Made by a program: the position numbers and the translations under genes. 19,308 nt of DNA, from positions 1 to 19,308 of the forward strand of contig NW_021824304.1 of the NCBI RefSeq assembly GCF_006345805.1. The letters are read 5' to 3'. The notes beneath the pieces are model-generated. The model had not been told where the DNA came from and did no database searches. It saw only the letters and a program-made list of their open reading frames with translations. This document shows positions 9,916 through 19,308 of this stretch, one piece after another (position 1 is the stretch's first letter; each line of letters begins with the position of its first letter). This stretch comes from Octopus sinensis. Lineage: Eukaryota.

Positions 9916-10129
9916 CAACGATAAGACCGTTCAGTAAAGACGTATCTTTACGCAAGGTCAGATCTAGAGGTAAGGTCGAAATAGTGACGTTAAAAATCAT
10001 TCAAGTATGGCGTTTAGCAAAGTCATGCTCCGGGGCGTGGTAAGTCGAAGGTGAGGCGGTGGCGGCAGGTAGGAGCAATGGATATCACTTTTAGACAACA
10101 GTGAGCAAAGAATATAAACAGATAAATGT

Positions 10130-10333
10130 ATACGCGCCCACATATACGTCTATATATATATATAAATATATACGTACACACATACATACACGCGCACTTG
10201 TGTGCATATGTATGTCAGTGTGTGTATGCGTCTATATATATGTATTTATAAATATATATATATATATATATAATATATATATATTAAATCTGTGTATGTA
10301 TATGTATAAAAATAGATAGATAGATAGATAGAC

Positions 10334-10414
<81 letters not shown>

Positions 10415-10556
10415 TGTACGCGCATCTATATATTTATATAAACATATATCCAGATATATGCCTTTGTCTACCTTTTGTAAATGTGAGTGTATATGTGTGT
10501 GTGCGTGTGCGTATATGTGTGTGCATATATATATATAGATATATGTATGTGTGTAT

Positions 10557-10619
<63 letters not shown>

Positions 10620-10773
10620 TACACACATAAATACATACATATTTACATGCATATATATAGATGTTTCGAGGTGTTTTAATATGTGAACATATTTCTATAT
10701 ATGCTTGTATATCTGTTAATACATTCATACAAAATATGCATATTTATATGAATGGATGTACATGCATGTGTGT

Positions 10774-10837
<64 letters not shown>

Positions 10838-11140
10838 ATGAATAGTTTTCCATACCCATCTCATTATATATACGAAAAACGTATGAATATGAGTGTGTTG
10901 TTTATAATCAAGAGAAATGTGGTTGAATATATAGAAATAATAAAATGTAATTATATTTATTCGAATGGTGTCGTTCGCTGTTGTTTCAAGTTTCACGAAT
11001 ATCATATCATATAAGCATGTCCCTTGTGTTCTCTCATGTAATATGTGGGTGCGTGTGAGAGAGAGAGAGAGAGACAGACAGACAGTGTGTGTGGTGTGTG
11101 TGTGCATGCGTGTGTTTATGTATGTATGTGTGTATGTATC
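10130..11140. repeat. Compound microsatellite block: (TA)n, two (GATA)n arrays (~10314-10412, ~10558-10618), (TG)n (~10769-10835), (GA)n
   Basis: Visible directly. Confidence 0.93.
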
Positions 11141-11148
11141 CTTAAATC

Positions 11149-11195
11149 CTTAAAAATGTTTTAGCCCGAAGGCCGCGGCCATGCTGGGGCACCAC
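11149..11195 (-). mobile_element. SINE 3'-end fragment (family A-related)
   Basis: gcggccatgctggggcaccac matches the gcggccatgc(a/t)ggagcaccgc end of family A. Confidence 0.6.
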
Positions 11196-11351
11196 ATATA
11201 TATACATATATAATCCGAAATCGTTAGTCCGACAAAATATACATTGTTTCGCCTGACGATTATGGATTAAATATTTTTTATTCATTCTCACACTTACCTT
11301 CTAAGCGACCAAACATTACCTCTTTTGCAACTTGTCTCCGGATAAAATAAC

Positions 11352-11439
<88 letters not shown>

Positions 11440-11644
11440 CTCTCTCTTTCTCTCTCCCCCCTCTCTCTCTCTCTACATATATATATATTATATATGTGTG
11501 TGTGTATGTGCATGTATGTGTGCGTGCGTATGTGTGTGTGTGTACGTGTGTGTGTGTGTGCGCGTGCATAAGGTAAATGAAAGACGGAAGACGGAATATA
11601 CAATAATCTTTATTATTAATCACGACAGTTGTTTCGACATATAC

Positions 11645-11728
<84 letters not shown>

Positions 11729-11740
11729 TACATACATACC

Positions 11741-11784
<44 letters not shown>

Positions 11785-11785
11785 C
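11352..11785. repeat. (CT)n-(CTAT)n-(TG)n and (TA)n-(CA)n microsatellites
   Basis: Visible directly. Confidence 0.93.
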
Positions 11786-12444
11786 CTTTAAGTTCGTTTA
11801 CGGGAAACACTTTTGAGTATGCGCATAAATATATATCTGTGTATGTATTCTAAAGCTCCGAAAACCAAAAGTGTTTTCACGAAGGTCGTCTGCTCACCAA
11901 AGCTTGCAGTTACCAGTTTATTTCAATACAAATAAATTATAATGTTATGTAAGTTCTTTATTTAACTCGATCGGTCCGAATATTCATAACGTAAATGAAT
12001 AAAACTGCGCAATACTTTCTGCTAGACCGTGCTTACGTAAAACTGCAAGGCTTTAATTACGTAGGTGTCGTGTTTAGTATGGATTCTTAGTGATATTTTC
12101 CTCGTAGCGACGGTAAGGTGATGAAGTCGTCCACATGATCTATAAGGGTGGGCCTATCAATATTTTGTAATTGTATTCCAAATGGCACAAGATTGAAGTT
12201 CAACCTACGATCGAGACAAATACACATCAAAACTTTGTACATAAATTTGGGACGTATTCCTTGATTGTTTCTGACAAGCACAACTTATGAACGAGGGTAT
12301 GTTCTATGATCATACTGTACTCGCATTTCTAAAATAAAAATATTTTGGAAGGGTTTAAGATAAGAATTTGCACACCTATGTATATAACGTGAAAGGTCCG
12401 AAACTGTAAGGATCTTTTGAATGTTGACCGATGAGGAATTAGCT

Positions 12445-12720
12445 ACGAGTTTTCTGTTTGCTATGGATTCGGATGAAACTTTCAAAGATGTTTGGCCTTG
12501 TGACTGGCACGGACTGATTAGATTTTGTGACCGATCGGGAACCGGACAAAAATTTTTTACTTAATCTTTGAAAGCGGTCGAATTCATTTTTTTATATTCT
12601 CCTTTGTGAGAGCAGTCGAGTTTATTTCAGATATTCTCATTTCAAAAATCACCTCTCGCTAATCGTTGAGAGGACGTTAGCGTTGCCTTGGTGGAGGTTT
12701 GCGCTCTCTGAGTACTCTTG
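12445..12720 (-). mobile_element. Non-autonomous Helentron-associated (HINE/DINE-1-like) element, 5' part; may extend to ~12090
   Basis: Minus strand begins caagagtactcagagagcgcaaacctccaccaagg, the 5' terminus I recall for HINE-type elements. It also contains caaaatctaatcagt...gaaagtttcatccgaatcc, which resembles their conserved core. The matching 3' sub-terminal repeat was not found. Confidence 0.6.
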
Positions 12721-12737
12721 CTATTATTATTATTATT

Positions 12738-13274
12738 GAGTGAGAGAGCAGTGCATGCCATCAAAGTGACACTGGGGTACAAATATACGAAGCCCAGTAT
12801 ACCCATCATGATTACCCGTCTGATAAGGGTACACCAGGCACATGCATCACAACCATATGTGCACGACATGGTGATCTCATTTCAAGATAAACAGCGCATG
12901 ACCTTGCGGGTGGGGCCCAGTTAGAAATTTCTTCTGGTTGGGTAACCCATCCCACTCAAAAGGTCCCTGATTAAGGGTTGTTTAAGGATGTTGAATGAAA
13001 CACCCATGTTTCCAGAGGTGAATCATTCAAACCCCAAGGAGTCCCTCTCAGCACATGGCTATAATGCTCCCCCACTACTTCTACTCGTGATCAGAGATGC
13101 ACATATCGTCAGCCACTAAGGGACATGCTCAACTGGTTACGGTCAAACAACTGACAAGTAAATCTGTGGTATTGAGCAGAATATTTGCTGTAGCCCATCT
13201 TTTATAGCAAGACAAAACAATGTACATGATAACACTTCCAGTCAGTTAAGATCAGAAGCCATGAGAGCCGCTGC
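12738..13274 (-). mobile_element. ~537-bp retroposon-like repeat, copy 2
   Basis: Same boundaries as 6037-6573; flanked by (ATT)n and (ATC)n(ATT)n. Confidence 0.85.
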
Positions 13275-13290
13275 ATCATCATCATCATCA

Positions 13291-13346
<56 letters not shown>

Positions 13347-13348
<2 letters not shown>

Positions 13349-13505
13349 CCCCCTTTTGGGAGTTTTTCATTGTTTTATAATTATTGTTATTAAGTTTTTA
13401 CTCGATGTTTTTCAAAAACGGCAAAACCCTTTGTAACCTTTCGTCCTGTTTTGTCCCTTTATGTAATCATGCGTGTCAGCCCTTGTGGCCAATAAAAAAG
13501 AATTG

Positions 13506-13507
<2 letters not shown>
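13347..13507 (+). mobile_element. Probable 5'-truncated retroposon 3' end with AATAAA and (ATT)n tail
   Basis: Unique 160 bp between two (ATT)n arrays, ending gtcagcccttgtggccAATAAAaaagaattg(att)n. Confidence 0.5.
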
Positions 13508-13562
<55 letters not shown>

Positions 13563-13563
13563 T

Positions 13564-13724
13564 AGGCGCAGAGGCGCTATGTGGTAAGAAGCGTGCTTCC
13601 CAACGACATGGTTCTGGGTTCAGTCCCACTGTGTGTTGCCTTGGGCAAGTGTCTTCTACTATAACCTCGGCCGACCAAAGCCTTGTGAGTAGAATTAGTA
13701 AACGGAAACTGAAAGAAGCTCGTC

Positions 13725-13787
<63 letters not shown>

Positions 13788-13977
13788 TGTATGTGTGTGC
13801 ATCGCTTGACAACCGATGTTGATGTGCTTACGTCCCCGTAACTTAGCGGTTCGGCAAAAAGAGACCGATAGAATAAGTGATAGGCTTTAAAACAATAAGT
13901 CGATTTGTTCGACTAAAAGGTAGTGCTCCAACATGGCCGCAGTCAAATGACTGAAACAAATAAAAGAATAAAAGAAT
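13564..13977 (+). mobile_element. SINE family A, full length
   Basis: Head aggcgcagaggcgctatgtggtaag...GGGTTCAGTCCC (A/B boxes), CORE-like ccttgggcaagtgtctt, internal (TA)n, 3' domain, and (taaaagaa)2 tail. Confidence 0.95.
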
Positions 13978-14230
13978 ACTGTATCTTTTTTTATTTGGTG
14001 TTGGGTGAGAACCCTCTGTTGACAGTTTCACTTTTTTTTTGTCTTTTGGGTTTTTTTTTATCGTTTTACCTTTCTGTGTGTGTGTGATTGGCACAACCTT
14101 TTTAGGGGTCAATTGTGGTGGCGTTAAAACAAACAAAACAAAGCGTTACAGGCTCAAAATAAAGGCCCTCACCGCACCGCCCAACGCCCCTCACCGCATA
14201 CATACCGAGCAAATTAAAGCAAAACAATAG

Positions 14231-14266
<36 letters not shown>

Positions 14267-14286
14267 TAATAATAATAATAATAAAC

Positions 14287-14345
<59 letters not shown>

Positions 14346-14346
14346 C

Positions 14347-14378
<32 letters not shown>

Positions 14379-14430
14379 TGGTGGTGGCGTTGGTGGTGGT
14401 GGTGGCGGTGGTGGTGGTGGCGGTGGTGGT
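14231..14430. repeat. Serial trinucleotide arrays (ATA)n-(GTA)n-(GTGGCG)n/(GTG)n
   Basis: Visible directly. Confidence 0.97.
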
Positions 14431-14578
14431 GGAATTAAGTGAAAAAATCTCTTTCTCCACTTTTGGATCTGGTTGACATTTTCGAGACACTCCTTGAAAC
14501 AGGAACTGAGTTCTGTAAGTGAGATCTGGCACCTAATCTACCCTTATGGGTTACTACAGGTCGTTGGCGAAGGAGAAT

Positions 14579-14579
14579 G

Positions 14580-14662
<83 letters not shown>

Positions 14663-14731
14663 GATTGAAAGCTAGACATAGACAGTCACGCAGCTAACAG
14701 CTAGATAGACAGGGAGACAGACAGACTGACT

Positions 14732-14763
<32 letters not shown>

Positions 14764-14782
14764 GGCAGACAGGCAGACAGAC

Positions 14783-14845
<63 letters not shown>

Positions 14846-14852
14846 CAGACAA

Positions 14853-14933
<81 letters not shown>

Positions 14934-14940
14934 CAGACAA

Positions 14941-15013
<73 letters not shown>

Positions 15014-15110
15014 GATTGAAAGCTAGACATAGACAGTCACGCAGCTAACAGCTAGACAGACAGGCAGACAGACTGACAGACAGACAGACTGACAGACTGA
15101 CAGACTGACT

Positions 15111-15191
<81 letters not shown>

Positions 15192-15203
15192 GTAGATAGA
15201 TAG
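14579..15203. repeat. (GATA)n/(GACA)n compound array with a duplicated 45-bp unique spacer
   Basis: gagattgaaagctagacatagacagtcacgcagctaacagctaga at 14661-14705 and 15012-15056. Confidence 0.97.
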
Positions 15204-15265
15204 AAAGTCACTTTAAATGCTGCAAACTGAATTTTCATTTCTTCTTAGATTTAACCCTTTAGAAA

Positions 15266-16446
15266 CAATTAACGAACCCAGACTGGGGTTCGAACACTGG
15301 AAACATTTTCTCAAGTACTGCTATAAGTTTTGGAGCGCAATTGAAATGCAAAGATAGTGTAAGAGAGTGTTTCAAGCAGATCCACCAACGCCACTTACCG
15401 TCACTCGAATTAATAAGTTTCAATCTGGCCGAACTGTTCAGAATTTCCACAGGAAATGTTCTGAAATAGCCTGGACATTGGTCAAGCTCCAAAATGCTAC
15501 AAAGAGTACAAGACACGTATTACCTGACTTTAAGAAAATCTGGGCGACAAGCGAATCGTGAAGACAAGAATTTCAAAATTAACAATCCATCGTATTTTGA
15601 AACGCTATCATTGGAAAAGTTATATTTCAAGAATAGTCCGTGCTCTCTATGAATATGATCCGGACGGAAGAATGGAATTTCATGAGAGGTGTTTGGCTAA
15701 GTGTGAAGAAAATGCACACGCTCTAATAAAGTTTGTTCTGAGTTGTGAGGTTGTATTTAAATCAAATTACTCAATAACCGCCACAATTGCACCTAAAAAG
15801 GCCCTGGGAATCTGCATATTGCGGAAAAATATCATGTTAATTTAGTTACAACATGGAGCAACTTATCGTCAAAGGGATTATTTTTTTCAGTAGTGCGATC
15901 GGTCCCATTTACTTGAAAGCGACAATTTGTCATCGCAAGCATGCAAGAGGACTTTGAAGATGTAGAGTTTTATTTCTAGGCAGCCGAGGCAACCCCACAC
16001 TACCATAGTAATGGAAAGGCCTACCTTGATAAGATTTTACCAAGCAGATACATTGAACAAAGAGGTTCAGTAGAGGTTCGGTGTTCACCGGACCTCAAAC
16101 CACAGGACATTTTTATAGGGATACTTAGAAGATAAATTTTACGGTACAAAACTGGCAACATTCGACGAATTGAGGACAGCCACTGAACGATAATGCACAC
16201 AACTACCGAACGAAATGTTTCTTCATGTTCATGATTCCATGGCATGGCGTTGACCGTTGTACCCGGAGCAGAGCGGTCAGCTGTTTTAAAATACGTATCA
16301 GAAAAAATTAAATTTTGTTTGTAGACTCTATTAAATTTTGAAAATGAAATGTATTTTAATAAACACTGACGTTATGATCATTCAATTTTAATCAACAGTG
16401 ATTTTGTTATCATTCACTGTCCGCATACATTTCGGGTATGCCCTGT
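15266..16446 (+). mobile_element. Decayed Tc1/mariner transposase, rosa/DD41D-like
   Basis: Broken frames give FQADPPTPLTVTRINKFQSGRTVQ (HTH), ISKLTIHRILKRYHWKSYISRIVRALYEYDPDGRMEF...FVLSCEVVFK (first Asp replaced), FYF*AAEATPHYHSNGKAYLDKILPSRYIEQRGSVEVRCSPDLKPQD (40 aa between the D2 and D3 positions), and GYLEDKFYGTKLATFDELRTA. End ...cgggtatgccctgt resembles a TIR. Confidence 0.88.
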
Positions 16447-16575
16447 GAAGATTTATGTATTATCGGCGACGGAGGCAGCATTAAAACCAAAAGGTAATCT
16501 TATTTCCCACTTAACATGAATGTCTTGTTTAGAGCATTGAATACTGTGGCATTAGCCTTGTGAAGTCCTCTCATA

Positions 16576-17105
16576 CGAGGCTGGGTCAAAAAGTAATGCC
16601 ATTTTATTTAGGACAGGTATCATTACCAACACAGGAATATATATCATGCATCAAAATGAAGCTGGTCCTCTGTGGATCACATTCCTACTTCTCAACATAG
16701 TCACCGTTTCTCTCAATAGCAATGTTCCACCTTCGAATTAGAGCATGTATCCCTGCCTCGTAAAATTCTGCTGACTATTCTTTGAGCCACTTCTTCACTA
16801 CAGTTTTCACTTCCTCGTTACTGGACTATCATCTCTTCGGCCTCTTGAAAGAGGGTTTGAGAGGCAAACATTATTCCAGTGACGAGGAAGTGAAAACAAA
16901 GAACAGTCAACAGAATTTTACGGGGCAGAGATACATGCTCTCATTCGAAGGTGGGACATTGCTATTGAGAGGAACGGTGACTGTGTTGAGAAGTGGGGAT
17001 GTGATCCACAGAGGACCAGCTTCATTTTGATGCATGATACATGTTCCTGTGTTGGAAATTATACATGTCCTAAACAAAATGGCATTATTTTTTGACTCAC
17101 CCTCG
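16576..17105. mobile_element. Foldback MITE built from a mariner 3' end; arms 250 and 231 bp, TA target on both sides
   Basis: TA at 16574-75 and 17106-07. 16576-16825 is the reverse complement of 16875-17105, with 20 substitutions and one 19-bp indel. Plus strand encodes DYHLFGLLKEGLRGKHYSSDEEVKT...IHALIRRWDIAIERNGDCVEK (mariner C-terminus). Confidence 0.95.
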
Positions 17106-17574
17106 TATAAACGCTTGGTGCATAAAAGCACAAACATAGATCGTAGCAGACGAGAGTTGTTTGTCATCACGTAATCTCATTCTACTGGAGATCATCAGTG
17201 GGAAGCGTCTGTCACTGCAAGTTAAATCTCGCTACTCCAGTATGTAGAACATCAGCATCTTTATAGACACTAGTATCGCAAATAGCCAAAAGACTTCTGA
17301 AAAATTATTATTATTATATGGGAGTTCCGACGCCCATGACAGTCGACTCTCGTCTACTACGATCTATGTCTGTGATTTTATGCCTCAAGCGCCTAAAAGA
17401 GAGGATCTTCCAAAGCTCAATACTCAATATTCGGACAAAATGTCCTTGTTAAACTGGACATATATATATGCATATATATAAGATAAACTTACTTGGAAAT
17501 GGATGCGTGGCGTTCAATCAAATAATAATATAAATTATATATACATATACAATTTTCAAAATGTAACTACATGT

Positions 17575-17730
17575 GAATCGTTGGCGATTTTCTTCCTCCG
17601 TCTTCCTTTCTATTGGACTTTCCTCTGTTTCTGAAGAAGAGCAAGGCTCCAAACGGAAAACCACCTTTCTTTCCTTCCCTGAGCGTCTGCTAATACTTTA
17701 GATGTACCATGTCCTCGCGTTGTTGTTTTG
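17575..17730 (+). mobile_element. Penelope/retrozyme-like fragment with mutated hammerhead core
   Basis: CTGAAGA(17631)-a-GAGC-aag-GCTC-CAAAC: stem II intact, but the conserved GAAA reads CAAA. Confidence 0.55.
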
Positions 17731-17859
17731 TGTGCGTGTGTGCGTTTGTTCATCTTCTTTCTTTGGATTTACTATATATGCATTTATACATACATATATG
17801 TACAAAGTTATGTATATATGTATATATATATACGCATTATGGGTACGGGCATCACAAAA

Positions 17860-17969
17860 TGTAAACAACATGAAATACGAAGGCAAACTTGGGTATGCGA
17901 ACAACGAGAGAAACAAATGGAAAACAAGACAAGTAACATAAAGAACGACCCTTCATCAGTTGTCGGCTG
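17860..17969 (-). mobile_element. Second Penelope/retrozyme-like fragment (half core)
   Basis: Minus strand cagccgacaaCTGATGAagggtcgttc: the first hammerhead core word is present; stem II loop and GAAA are absent. Confidence 0.35.
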
Positions 17970-17984
17970 TTCATCTACTCCTTG

Positions 17985-18005
17985 CACACACACACATACA
18001 CACAC

Positions 18006-18078
<73 letters not shown>

Positions 18079-18094
18079 CACACGCATATACATA
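17985..18094. repeat. (CA)n/(TA)n microsatellite
   Basis: Visible directly. Confidence 0.97.
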
Positions 18095-18258
18095 CGACGG
18101 GCTTCTTTCAGTTTCCATCAACTAAATCTACTCACAAGGCTTTGGTCAACCCGAGGTTATAGTAGAAGGCACTTGCTCAAGGTGCCACGCAGTGGGACTG
18201 AACCCAAAACCATGTGCTTGGGGAGCAAGTACCTTACCACACAGCCACTCCTGCGCCT
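18095..18258 (-). mobile_element. SINE family A, 5' half (tRNA head to internal microsatellite)
   Basis: Minus strand aggcgcaggagtggctgtgtggtaag...gggttcagtcccactgcgtggcaccttgagcaagtg...gaaagaagcccgtcg. Confidence 0.94.
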
Positions 18259-18309
18259 ATATATTTACCAAAATTACATAAAAATATCTTGAAATACTAA
18301 AGAGTAAAT

Positions 18310-19034
18310 TTATTCAATAAAATCTCCATTGGCTTCAACCACGGCCTCTACACGACTTCGGAATCTCCTGCAACTCTTCTGGACGATCTCTTTGTTGAAT
18401 GCTGACATAATCCTTGCCTTCTGTTCATCTTTGGTGTTACAAAGAGTTTTGTTGGTCTCTCCCTCAACTGTGTCCCACACATAATAATCAAGGGGGTTGC
18501 AGTGTGGGGAGTTAGGTGGCCAGATGTTAGGGCTGATGTGATCACAGAAATTGTCTGACAGCCATGACTGGGTTCTCCTTCTGGTGGTACAGGATGTCAG
18601 GCTTAGAGTCTTCCAGCAGCCATCCTCTTGACCCAGGGCAGCACTACCTCCTGCAGGCACTTGATGTTGGCATCCGTGTTGAGTCTGAGGCCGTGCGGGA
18701 AGATGAATGGAGGCATAACATCGCCATCACTGGTGATCACTCCAAGCACCATGATGTTAACTGGATGTTTGATTCTTATCACTCCGGTGCATGTCCTCAG
18801 ATTGACACCCAAACATACCGAAATGTTTGTATTGGAGCTTCCGGTGCGAATGCCAAGCAGTACAACATGTCGTTTCCAAATTTCTGGAAGAGTGAATTGT
18901 GTCATGGTGCTGTTTTTCTCACAGACGGGTGCCCAACTGACCCTACGATACTGTGTAGTCGACAAAATCAAAAACAAACAATGCACATGCGCGAAATAAA
19001 AATATAAAATGGTGACAATTTACTCATCATACCT

Positions 19035-19036
<2 letters not shown>
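18310..19036 (-). mobile_element. Internally deleted maT/DD37D-like transposon relic
   Basis: ATG at 18905 gives MTQFTLPEIWKRHVVLLGIRTGSSNTNISVCLGVNLRT, joined in frame to IKHPVNIMVLGVITSDGDVMPPFIFPHGLRLNT...VLPW. After a stop and frameshift: RTQSWLSDNFCDHISPNIWPPNSPHCNPLDYYVW...RFRSRVEAVVEANGDFIE* (stop 18310-18312). Putative TIR caaggtatgatgagtaaattgtcacc ends at 19036. The WPPNSPxxNPLDY motif suggests maT; the D2-D3 spacing cannot be measured here. Confidence 0.9.

Positions 19037-19081
<45 letters not shown>
19037..19081. repeat. (TG)n microsatellite
   Basis: Visible directly. Confidence 0.97.
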
Positions 19082-19308
19082 ATGGATGTATGTATATAAA
19101 CATACATAGACGAATAGACACAAATGTTTAAGTATGTACACGTGTTTGCTTGCGTGCATATGTGTTTGTATTTAACGCGTATATATTCTTATATATAATC
19201 TGTTTACACTTCCCAGGAGACAAAACACCGGAAGTAAGTAAACAACAGCGCCTCTACACAGTTGCTCTATTGTAGAACTGCAGACTGACGCAATGGAGGT
19301 GTCACTGC

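Noticed and set aside
9934-9967. Hairpin followed 12 nt later by CTAG, as at a Helitron 3' end
   Set aside because: Stem is AT-rich, the base after CTAG is A rather than T, and no 5' TC end could be assigned.
13564-13635. tRNA gene
   Set aside because: A and B boxes are present, but the sequence continues into a SINE body seen in several copies, and no cloverleaf is evident; the same applies to the other SINE heads.
14661-15056. Repeat-spacer look of the GATA array (CRISPR-like)
   Set aside because: Only two copies of the 45-mer, separated by microsatellite rather than unique spacers; eukaryotic context with no cas genes.
17248-17483. ~78-codon open plus frame after a weak acceptor (NISIFIDTSIANSQKTSEKLLLLYGSSDAHDSR...)
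   Set aside because: No recognisable domain, weak acceptor, includes an ATT microsatellite and ends in a TA tract; a few frames of this length are expected by chance.

Overview
Repeat-saturated, non-coding eukaryotic DNA, not prokaryotic. The repeat families look like those I recall from Octopus genomes (recall, not a search). I could not identify an intact host gene, and nearly all ORFs in the supplied track are translations of microsatellites. Supported content: (1) four decayed Tc1/mariner-superfamily relics of different subfamilies: Tc1-like at 1-667, rosa/DD41D-like at ~15.27-16.45 kb, a mariner-derived foldback MITE at 16576-17105, and an internally deleted maT-like copy at 18310-19036; (2) about ten tRNA-derived SINE copies or fragments from 3-4 families, including one chimeric junction; (3) two copies of a ~537-bp retroposon, each embedded in (TAA)n; (4) a Helentron/HINE-like fragment; (5) degenerate hammerhead-ribozyme-like cores of Penelope/retrozyme type; (6) large compound microsatellites with hidden higher-order structure. 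The most unusual signals are a cluster of six same-strand A>G differences in one arm of the foldback MITE, a pre-miRNA-sized hairpin at 11211-11269, and several micro-exon candidates. All are hypotheses to test; I found no proven novel system.
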